Below, piece by piece: positions 11,579 through 21,922 of a stretch of 33,192 nt of DNA (its first letter is position 1; every line of letters starts with the position of its first letter). Position numbers and translations under genes: made by a program. This stretch comes from Hyphochytrium catenoides (lineage: Eukaryota; Protista; Hyphochytriomycota). The DNA is taken from assembly GCA_900088475.1 (NCBI GenBank), contig FLMG01004481.1:1-33192 (forward strand), written 5' to 3'. Below the pieces are notes generated by a model. It did not search any database and was not told the origin of the DNA. It saw only the letters and a program-made list of their open reading frames with translations.

Positions 11579-14500
11579 ATGAGTGGCACAGCGGCTCAAG
11601 GATTCTTCACCTCGCCCTCATCCCCGCCTAGTGGTGGAGAGGATCGATGGAATGTAGAGAGTTTCGATCCAAGCGGTGCCAACACTGGTAAGTACAGCTT
11701 ATCACCCGATCTTGTGACCTTCTATCGTGTAAGACTGCTATATCGGCAGAAGTCTCATGGAGGGCTTGGCCTGGGGAGCGGTCGGACTTGATGTCTCGTG
11801 CAGATCGCGCCCTCCTCTCACTCTCCGCTCTGGCTGACACCGTGCAGACACCCTATGGCATGGGTGCGCGAGGGCCCACCATAGCAAGCGGAAAAGGTGA
11901 TGGAGCCGTACTTTTCTTTCTCTCGTTTTTCCTCTGTTTCCTCAACTGGCATGACTCTCTTACACTTGCCCTGGCCTGCGCAAACATCTTCTCCCCCTCT
12001 CGCTCTCTCGTTGCGCTAACCGTAATGCTCCTTGAATAGAAGAAAATAAGCAGGACGAGCTAGAGCGAACCGAGCAGTATAGCGAGATATCTATAGCAAA
12101 CCGCAACCTCATGCACATTCGCGTCCACCTTCCAAATGGCGCTAGTATCTATGAGGATATTGATCCTAGAACGGACACTGTGGCTGATCTGAAGGCCAGA
12201 GTGTGCAAGCGAGAGAGGTGGCTGAAGGCACCCAGCCAGGTCAAGGGCTTCGACGTTGCTCTTTCGTGTCCAACGCCCTATTTTCTTACTCCATCTTGAC
12301 ATACTCCTTGGCTTGCTCTTGTCTGAATACACTCTCTCTTTCTCTTTGTTTCTTGTCTCTCTCTCGTTCCCTGTGTGTCTCTTCTTTCTCCTGCCCTGTA
12401 ACATCGCCAGCTAATCGTGTGTTATTGAAGTCTTGACTTCTGTATCTATTCCTATCGCCAAACCTTTGGCATTCCTTCGTGTCTCTTCCCCACAGCTGAT
12501 ACTTTTTTTTGCTGTGCCCTGTACCTTATGGTTCACAGCTGCTAGTAGTATACAATGGCCTACCAGTCCAGGATGACTGGCTTGTCTACGACTGCGGGGT
12601 TCAGAAGGATGGCACAGTCCATCTCGTGTTCCGAAGCGCGTGGAGGGGTGGGAAGGGTTACCCAGGAGAGAGAGTTGGTGCAAACAGCAGTTTTTCTCTT
12701 CGAACACCGTCCTTCGATGTCGGTGACGAGTCTCTCGTAGGCCCGGATGTGGGTGCCGCAGGAACCAGTTTCTCTCTCTCTCGTATCTCACTCAACGAAG
12801 GCCCTTCTTTTTATCCGGGAGGAGGGAGAGATGGAGAAGATAGCACTTTCCTAGCGGAGGAGAGACGGTCTTTACTTCCTGAGGCCTCAAACTGGACAGC
12901 TGCAAGCTGGGGCGGGAGAGGTTGGGCGGAAGAGGTTGCCTTTCACGAGATCTTGAAGAAGGAGATGGAGATGGTGTCACAAGAAGGAGGAGGAGAAGCA
13001 GAGGAGAGGCCCATTACGGAGAATCTTCTTTCTTTCTATCAGGAGATTTGTGATAAACAGATCAGTCAACTAAGAGAGGCAGCAACAGGCAAGAAGGCAG
13101 TCAAGAAGCTAAAAGAGCTTGTTCAAGAGAGAAACACATGGGACCTCTTAGCCCGGCTGGAGGATCTTGCCCTTAGACAACAGAAGAGATCTTCCGCCAT
13201 GGAAGAAGAAGAGGAAGAAGAAGTCATGCTTAAAGGGACAGAACAGGATGCTCTTGACCGTCTATTGACTCGAAGCGAGCTTCTGCAACTGTACACCACT
13301 GTCCTTCAATGGCTTGAGAGCATAGCAGCGGAACAGGTCGAGTACAAGGAACTAGGTACGTAATTCTGTTCCTTGTCCGTCCCTCGTCCTTTCACCGTCG
13401 TGAGAGTGCACCTTCTCTCTTCAGGGACTGCACCTCTTGCTTCGATTTATGTGAGTCCTGTTCTTCGTAGTCCTCCTGCTTCCCTCTTGCACACATACTG
13501 CACCTCTGACAATTTTGTATCAACCACAGACATGGACGGTAGCTCCAGTCTCTCGGCTTGGCCTGAGACTTTACGTGTCTTAAAATCCAACAGAGCCAGT
13601 GGAGGAATGATTAAAGCTTTGGATCCTGATGCTCCTACTAGGGATGGTGGACGCCTTGCCCCAGATGATGACGAGAGCGAAGAAGAGCTTCTGAGGACGC
13701 TCTGGTCTTTTCTTAGGGCAGGAGAGGTGCAAAGGGCCATCCTATACTGCAAAGAAAGAGGTCAACACTGGAGGGCAGCCACTCTAGGTGGAGGCAACCC
13801 TTGCGCGGCGCAGATGGGGCTGCACGACGAGAACGGATGTCAGGTGGTGTTCGAAGACCAACCGGAAGATGTTCAGCTCCTCATCTCCCAAGGAGTAGTT
13901 CCTCCTTCCTGTTCTATGCTACTGAAGCGTTGGGGCAACCCTTATCGATTTCTTTGGAAGAGCTTGTGCTGGCGGTTCTCTTTGAGAGGAGCCAAGGAGA
14001 AGCGAGTCACAGGATCCGCTTCTACACTTTCGGAGGAGTACGAGAGACTAATCTACGCCGCCTTATCGTGCAACCTTCGTATTCTACTTTCTTCTCCTCT
14101 ATCTAGCACTTGGGAAGACCACTGTTGGGCGCTCTTTCGCTGCGCACTTGAGAGAAAGCTTGATGAACACCTTTGGAACCATTGGAAGCTTAAGGGCTCG
14201 CTTTCTCTCTTCCGAGCAGGACCCAAGTCTTCGTCGTCTGCTCAAGAGGTCCTAAGAAACACTGAAGATGCCCTACATCTCACTCCAGAGAGTATATTCC
14301 AGCGACTTAGTGACGACGCAAACGAAGAGCTGAGGAAAGAAGGTCAAAGCTTACTTAGAAAGGTACAAGGCGCTCTCATCCAAGGTCAGAGAGAGGAAAT
14401 GATACTTGATATCGTCTATCCAGCCATTGCAACGATAGATCCAGTTCTCTCCGAGGAAGGAGCTCTGGAAAGATCTAGAAAGAGACAGCGACCTGTTGAT

Positions 14501-16167
14501 CATGGCATCTGGGAGCTCTCTCTTGACGAAGAGCGAGAGGAAGTGGGGCTTCTCTCTTCGTCATCTGACTCCGGCTCTCTCACCGCCGGCACACTTCGCT
14601 TCTTGGCGCATCTCTGTCTATATGTCCGACCCCTGCCTGATGGCTCCAACCCTTGCGACGAGGCTGTCTGGCAGGTTGTCAAGGCGTACATTAGACACCT
14701 CGTAAAACAGGGACAGACTGACCTCGTTGCGTTCTATGTGGCTACTCTGCCCTCTCAAGGGAGGGTGCATGTATATTCCCAGGTCTGCGCCCGTATCCTC
14801 TCTTCCTCATCTAGGCAGCGATGTTTAGAGCTAGCCAACGCCTTTTTCACTCCTGACGAGATAGCGCAAATCACAAAGATGGCGGTAGAAGAGGTGCGAC
14901 TGGGCGAGGGAGGAGCGGGAGACAATGCCAGGAGAAAAGAGGAGGACAGGCCACGCCAAGGCATAACGAGAGAGGAAGAGGACATCGCTGTGGATGAAGT
15001 GAAACTTTCTTCCCTCGAGTGGCTCATCGCCTTCCCAGAGCATAGGGAAGAAGCCCTACTGCAAAGCAATCTTCTCATTCGGGATCTCATCCGCGAGGAT
15101 AAACTGTCTTCTGCCATCAAGACTCTTGAGATGCTACCTCCAGACTCATTAGATATAATAAGCGCACACTCCCAAGCCAGGAGAGACAGAGGTCTGGACG
15201 AAGAGAGAGACTCTTTATCTCGTGGAGCCATCAAGGAGCATCTCTGCTGGCAAGCTTATCTCCATGCTACACAGAAATACCTTTCTTGGCACTCTTTCAT
15301 TGCTCTTGCGAAGCAGCGGAGAGGGGGAATGGTGAGAATCGACGACAGGGAACAGGCTGCAGAGTTATTGCGACAGAGTGTTCAGGAGACCGTGACAGCA
15401 ATCAAGGCAGTGCTGGAGTTTGAGAGTGGCTGGTTAGTAGGAGTTGGGCTTGCAGAGCGAGAAGAGGATGACTGGGCGTCAGATTTGAGGAGACTCTGCC
15501 TGCCACCGCTTGTCAACTATCTCCACCAGGTGAGAGCGGTTCAGGCTGTCTTTGGATCCCTTTGTGTCCATTGATGGCTTCTCAATGTGGCTTTTCATAT
15601 CCAGCAGCTCCTTACTCGTAGCGCTTTCACTGCCTCTTTTAGCTTTTTAGCTTCTCACATGCTCTTCATAGCGCTCTTTCTGTCCGTTGCCACTGACTAA
15701 TCCTCCTCTTACTGTCTTAGCCCTTGGGTGTGTATCTATACGTTAGTCGCCGCTGGACCCTTCGCTTTCTTCGTTTATCAACTTCTTCCTTCTTCCATCT
15801 CATTAAACTGGGAGGCAAGACGTTGATCTTTATGTCTTTTTAAGTTCCCCCCTCCTTATCCTTCTCGATTCCCAATGCCGACCCTGTGTGCTGACATCTT
15901 GCTTTGTCACTCTATGCCCTTGGTCCCTATCAGGTCTATGTTGAGAGTGCAACGCTTCTTCTTTCCATAGATTCGTCAAATGCAGTCTTTTGTGAACTCG
16001 CTCTCTCATTCTTCAAAAGTAGCCTGAAGGTCGCGGATCTCGTTGCTTCTTCTCAGTGGAGAATTGACGTGGCAATGGCACCGGAGGAAGTGAGGAAGCT
16101 TTTAGACTCCCTCACAGTCAGCGCAATGGCGCTGTTGCACTTAGAGAACAGCATACAGTTGGCTTAA
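11579..16167 (+). CDS. NUP107: Nuclear pore complex protein Nup107 (Nup84) with an N-terminal ubiquitin-like domain. Exons 11579-11687, 11804-11896, 12040-12239, 12539-13355, 13530-15529, 15934-16167 (about 1150 aa); about 1059 aa if it starts at ATG 12111
   Basis: Nup107 motifs: ERNTWDLL, LDPDAPTR, LLRTLWSFLRAG, CKERGQHWRAATLGG, GNPYRFLWK, YERLIYAAL, TWEDHCWA, LRFLAHLCL, LVAFYVATLP, AIKEHLCWQAYL, LRRLCLP. All intron phases are consistent. The first two exons rest only on splice signals (GTAAGT at 11688, CTAAC branch at 12016, AG at 12038-9) and open frame, so they are less certain. Confidence 0.92.
12111..12652 (+). other. Ubiquitin-like domain (81 aa, split by intron 12240-12538) ending in RGG, in frame with Nup107
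   Basis: MHIRVHLPNGASIYEDIDPRTDTVADLKARVCKRERWLKAPSQ|LLVVYNGLPVQDDWLVYDCGVQKDGTVHLVFRSAWRGG aligns end to end with ubiquitin (MQIFV...DTIENVKAKI...[36 protein letters not shown]). Confidence 0.88.
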
Positions 16168-16904
16168 GTCTTGTCTGCTTACGATCTGGCGTCTGTTGAT
16201 GTCTCGCAGTCAACTTTAAGACCCCAAACTTTCCTTCTTCCACCCCAATGGCCGCTCTCCCATACAGCCTTCAACTCTGCAGAAATAAATTGGTAATGGT
16301 CGTCCGGCCACATCTTTTCTAAGAACGAGACATCAAAGGAACAGCGCCGCCCGCTAGTCCCTCTTATTTTGCTGATCATCTGAAGTCCCCCTTGTCACGT
16401 TCTCTGTCAACCCTCCGGCTGTCAATTGAGATGTACTAGGAGCATGCTGCTCCTGATGAAGGTGGTGGGGAAGAGAGCAAAGCATCACTATCTACTAGGA
16501 TAAAACATGATGATGGCGGAACTACTGCGAATACTCATCTCTCATACAGCTCCCTTTCTCTTTCTGTCTTATCCTTTCATAGGTGTGATCGATATACCAT
16601 CATTCTTCTTCATGTTCTCAGACCATTCTTCCTGCTTATCATCACTATCGGGCTGGTAATACGAAAAAGCGCCGACGTGAAGAGCATGCCTGGATTCTCG
16701 ACTCCCCAGGTACATAGAATAACCGTGATGGCATCGCTTTGTATGGCCTCATGAAAACTTGCTTAACACATCTTGACGTTGAGCTCCTTCATAAAGTCCT
16801 TGAGCGGAAGGAGAAGGAAAAGAAAAGTCCGTCTAGGACGACCATGCTGTGGATTTTATGCGCAAGCAGCGACGAGTAAAGATGATGAAAACGATGATCT
16901 TCTC

Positions 16905-16946
16905 TTTGATGAAGATTTTGGCAGATTTGATGAAGATTTCTGCAGA
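16905..16946. repeat. 21-bp tandem duplication
   Basis: tttgatgaagattttggcaga followed by tttgatgaagatttctgcaga, then a degenerate third copy. Confidence 0.8.
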
Positions 16947-17341
16947 TTTGCTGTTGAAGATGGAAGGATCTGGATCTCAGATCTATTAACTGATAACTAG
17001 AGGTATGATAACCTTGGCTTTTGAAATCTGTATTGTAATTGTCTCTCCCATGTTCGGTGTTGTAGTACTTGATAGTATGCTGGTGGTGGTTGAGCTGTGG
17101 TGTGGCTATGGAAGTATCTTGCCCCTCAAATTCTGCTCCCATTTACATGTCTCCTCTGCTCTTCCTCATCCTAGCACTGAGATACGTATAGAATGATGAT
17201 ATCTCATAATGACTCTGTCTCTCTTGCTCTCCACCATTAATTGTCTCCTGTCTCCTGTCAGTCCCGCTGTCTTCCACTTCCGCCGCTCCAGGCAACCGAA
17301 GTGCTGTACCGCAGCCTCAACCTGTCGCCACGCGTGAGCTG

Positions 17342-17342
<1 letters not shown>

Positions 17343-17409
<67 letters not shown>

Positions 17410-17652
17410 TCATTGTTTCTCTAGGATTGTCCCTCTCAGTGGCCCTTCTCTTTCTCTCTATCACCCTTTTTCTCTGTCTCTACCGTGCTCTTTCTTTCCA
17501 GTGTGTATTCTCTCTCTTCCCTCTCCTGTTCATCTCTCCCTCTCTCTCTTTCTCTCTCTCTCTTTCTCACACTCTCTCTTTCTCTTTCTCTCCTTTTCTC
17601 TCCGCTTCCGCGTTCCTCTCTCACTCGTTTCCCTCTCTCTCTCTCTCCCTCC
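17343..17652. repeat. Long compound (CT)n tract upstream of the BFR1-like gene
   Basis: About 300 bp that is almost entirely pyrimidine, in CT repeats. Confidence 0.92.
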
Positions 17653-18005
17653 CTCACTCCGGGACAGTGGTGCATCTCATCTCTCTCCACTGTTTTCTCT
17701 AAAGCTCAGTCAGACTGAGTCACCTTCGGATCTGAACTGTCTCTACTTTGTCTCTTCTTTTGGGAGAGACAGCGATAGCGTTTTCCTCGCTACGATTGAG
17801 ACAACAGCACAAGGTACGGCTGAGCCTTCACTTATAACGGACGCTAATCTACCGAGAAGAGAGAGAGAGAGAAAGAGAGGACTCTTCGTCTGGCGTTCAG
17901 GTTCGCGCTAAGTGCACCGAGTCTTCACTCTCACTCCGCGTTTCTCTCCTTTTGTCTCCCCCTTTCTGACCTGGTCAAGGACTTGCCCTAGAACATTTAA
18001 GCGTC

Positions 18006-21000
18006 ATGGCGGAGCCAGCAGACCAGCAGCCTGAGGTGGTGGAGGAGACTCCCGTCACCGAGGAGGAAGGTAAACGACAGCAGAAAGGTTCAGGCAGTTA
18101 GACGCCAGCAGCAGGAAGAGCTAACACGCCTCCTCTCACTTTTGATTCGCACAGTCCCTGCAGGGGAGACTCCTCCCGCCATTGACGTCTCGAAGCCTCC
18201 TCAGCGCGTTCCGAAGCCAGACAAGGCAGAGCTAGAGGCTAAGATCAAGGAGGTTGATGATGCGATTGCAGTCCTTGAGGAGAAGAGGGTACATACCTTG
18301 TGTTTGTCCGCGTCAGGCTTTATGAAAAAGTAACGACGCGGTGTTTGGCTATGTTTCTGTAGAGCAAGATCAAGGCTCAGCTTGATGCCAAGCAGGCCAG
18401 CAGACAGGGCGTCCAGGTATAGAATCGCTACAGCGATGACTTGCTTGTCTGATCTACTCCTCTTTCCCTCTCTCCTTCTCTCTCTGTCTCTCTCTCTCTC
18501 TCTTTCCCTTGCCGCTTGCTGCCTTCATTTCTACCCCTGTGATCTACCTTCACCTACGTAAGATATGGGGCTTTTTGTCAATGGGGCCGCTCCATGCTGC
18601 TTTCCCTGGAAACTGTCCCTCTGTATTCGCTTTCGTTCTCTATGAGCCGCTTTTGCTCTTGGTCCTCTCTAAAGATTGTTGCTTCTGACAGTCCTCTTCT
18701 TGATGTCATCTTGTAGGGCCAAGTCCAAGCTGCTCGTGATGAGATGAACCGCCTCAGAGCAGAGTTCAACCGTTTGAGAGAGGAGAGAGCCAAGATCTTT
18801 GCGGAGAGAGATGCGGTCAAGAATGCAATCAACAAGAAGTCTGCCAGCGCCAAGGGAATGAAGAGTGACGTGCGGTTCCACTCTCTCGCCGACATTGAGG
18901 CGGAGATTCGCAGACTGGAGACGAAGCAGAATACTGAGTCCATGTCCATCAACCAGGAGAAGCAGCTTCTCAAGGAGATTGAGTCTCTTAAGCAGTCGAA
19001 GAAGGTGAACTTCATGACGCCCTCTCTTCTCCCAGACATTCCAAGCTTCAGTCGTGTTTCGTAATGGGCCATATGAACTGCTGCTTCTTGGCTTCTCCTC
19101 GTGTCTGTTGGCTCATTATATCACATGCCCAGGTCGTTGCTGCCCTTGCTAGCCAGGAGGAAGCAATCAAGGCTGAAAAGGACAAGTCCAAGGACATCAA
19201 CACTCGCATTGATGAGAAGAACAAGGAGCTAGATGAGGTTAGACTCACCACATCCTCCTCCTACTCTTCCCTCCTCAGCAAGTGCTATCGGGTGTTCCGT
19301 TGTCTATTTCCTTGCCATTGGTCACGTTGCCGCCTGCACCCTATAAGCTATGTGTCTAGTCAGTCTTCGCCAACATCTTCAGACATTGATCTCTGTACAT
19401 GTTTCATGAACCATCTCTCTTGCCGGTGTATAGGTGAATGCTCTTATTGCTGCCCAGAAAAAGATTCTGGAAGAGTTCTCTGCTGCCCAGCCACCAAAGG
19501 AGGAGACGCCTAAGCTAATAGCCGAGAGAGACGCCATCAAGAAGGAGATCGATGCCAAGTATACCGAGAAGAGAGAGCTCAAGAAGGAGTGGAAGGAGAA
19601 GAATGATGAGTATTACAACTATATGCGGGCTCTGAGAGCTTATAAGAATGAGCTCAGGAGACTTGACTATGAGAGGAGAAAGGAGGAAAGAGAGGCCAGG
19701 ATGAGGTTAGTAGGGATATCACGTGGTGGCACAACAGCGAGGCTGTCCGTTTTTCACGTCCTGTCTCATGTGTGCTGCCTCTTGGATCTCCTTCTACTAC
19801 TCTGCGTTCCCACGCTCACTCTTCTTCATTTGTTTAGCTCTTGTCTCATCCCTTGCCGGTTTCTGGACCGTTGCTTCTGCTTCTTGGTTGTTTGCTCTTT
19901 CGTTTGCCGTTAGTTCATGGCCGTCTCTCCTGTTGCCTAGCGCTATGCCGATGAGGCCAATGGAGCTTCTGTTTGTTCTAAACCGACTCAAAGCCTTGCC
20001 TCAATCTTCCCCTCTCCTTCCTGTCCGTTCCAGCAGCTATTGCTAGGCACCCTGAGGTTGTGCTCTCTCTGTCGCCTCATGCTCTCTATCCTCGAGCCGC
20101 GTGCCTTTGCTCCACCACTTCGTCCTCTCCTCACCATTGACATTGCTGTCTCTCTTCTTCTGCTGCTGCGCCTCGCTCGGTATAGGGAGTTCGAGGCGGA
20201 GGAGGCTAAGAAGATCCCTTATGAGGAAGAAATGGCTCTCTGTGACAACCTTGTGTCCTACCTTCAAGCTGCTTTCCTCTCCTCCGAGTCCACCGCTTCG
20301 GACTCCAAGCCAGCTGGCGATAAGAAGCCCGCCATCGCCGGAAAGGTGGAAGAGGGTTGGACCGTGTTGAAGAGAGAGGAAGAGGACTTCATGGTCATGG
20401 GTGGGGCGAAGAAGAAGGGAGGAAAGGTAAGCTGCCTTCTTTCCTAGAAGGAACTCTCTTTCTGTGCTACTCTTCCGTCTTAGTGCCTGTCTGGCTCGCT
20501 CTCTACGTCGTTTTGGCATCCCTCTCTTCGAAGTGACGTTATCAAAGCATCCAAGTAGAGTATGTGGGAATTCTCTAACCTCTCTCTCTTTCTCCGTTTT
20601 GCGTTTGCAGAAGAAGAAGGGAGGGAAGAAAGACGAGAAGTCTGGCACCATCACGCACACGCTGGACATCATTTCTTCCTTCTCTCTCCTTGAGCTCAAT
20701 CCGCCTCCTACCCGCGCGGCCGTGGAGAAGTCTATTGAGGAGCTGAAGAACAAGAAGGAGCACTTCAAGACCTTGCCTCGACCAGAGAAAAAGAAGAAGG
20801 AGGAGGTAGAGGAGAACGCTGCGACCGAGGGAGAGGCACCAAGGTACTATCGCCTTTCCTCGGTCCCTGGATCCTCTAGTGCTTGCACCACCTCGCTTTC
20901 TATGGGCCGTCCTTAGGCATAGGTTTTCTCTATCTTTTCGCTCTTTATAAATCTGTTTGGAAGGCCGATTCCATCTTTCCACTATGCTGTTCTCCTCTTT

Positions 21001-21229
21001 GGTTAATCTCTATCCCTTTCTGTCTCTGCTTCTCGTCTGCAGCTCCCCTAAGAAAGGCAATAACAAGAAAGCCAACAAGAAGAGCTTCAAGCCTGACGAG
21101 GGAGACTTCCCTACTCTTGGAGGAAATGTGGGCACTGCTGCTCCTGCCATTGGCGTCTATGCCAAGCCGTCCGCTGGAGATTATGAGGAAGTTGGAGACG
21201 AGGAGGCTGGTTACGTAGCAGAGGAATAA
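18006..21229 (+). CDS. BFR1 / proton pump-interactor (PPI)-like coiled-coil protein, about 525 aa. Exons 18006-18069, 18155-18288, 18363-18416, 18717-19004, 19133-19237, 19434-19705, 20186-20426, 20611-20843, 21043-21229
   Basis: Nine exons join in frame through GT-AG introns. Long K/E coiled coil with KPDK, IEAEIRRLE...SMSINQEKQLLKEI, PYEEEMALCDNLVSYL and HTLDIISSFSLLELNPP...SIEELKNKKEHF, characteristic of the Bfr1/PPI family. Confidence 0.85.
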
Positions 21230-21380
21230 GAGAGACCACTGGGAAGAGAGTGAGAAAAGGGAACAAAAGGAAAGAAAGGAGAAGAGAGAGAGAGTATAGA
21301 GGTTTGGATAGAGGAAGAACGGGCACACTTACATGCTTCTATCGCAACCCGCGCCACAACTTCCTTTATCCTTCCTCCTG

Positions 21381-21470
21381 CTCTTTCTCCTGGGGTTAGA
21401 GAAGAAGAGTAGGTGCACCTCCTCTCCCTTCTCTAGATCCCTCTCTCTCCTGGGGTTAGAGAAGAAAAGT
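21381..21470. repeat. 30-bp direct repeat, two copies with a 60-bp period
   Basis: ctctttctcctggggttagagaagaagagt (21381-21410) and ctctctctcctggggttagagaagaaaagt (21441-21470); 2 mismatches. Confidence 0.9.
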
Positions 21471-21922
21471 TGAGAAGTCCTTTGGCAGTGCACTCCTATG
21501 AGTAGCTCTGCTTTTGTAAATTCATTACTCTTAATAATGGGAAAGGGAGAGGACAAAGACTATCGATCCAGCATTGTGTTTGTTGCCTTCATGAAGCTCC
21601 CTCTCACATCTACCCCTCGCCTTTATAAACTGGAGTCTCTTATCAACTTCGTATTTCTCTCTCTTCTCTACTACCTTCTCTCTTGGCGCGCCGCCTCTAG
21701 GGACGCTTTCTGAAAGTTGGTGACCGTAGATTGAGACGCTACAACCTTAGGCCGAGCTTGAAGGACGGCTTATTCTTTGACCGATAACACTATCGAGCTG
21801 AAGGACTCTGTCCCTCGTCAATGATCAGCTTAATGCTCCGCTTTCCTCTCAGATCTCTCTGTCTCTGTTGCTGCATCTTTCTCAGTCTTATGTACTATGC
21901 GATATCTTGACCTTTGGTCTTT

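Noticed and set aside
16179-17196. Short ORFs downstream of NUP107 (e.g. KMWPDDHYQF, faintly Nudix- or EEP-like; His/Gln-rich 16789-17142)
   Set aside because: No supporting motifs, no coherent splice path and no transposon hallmarks.
21381-21470. Repeat-spacer-repeat (30/30/30) resembling a minimal CRISPR; GGGTTAG resembling a telomere seed
   Set aside because: Only two copies, not palindromic, eukaryotic context with no cas genes, and no tandem telomeric units.
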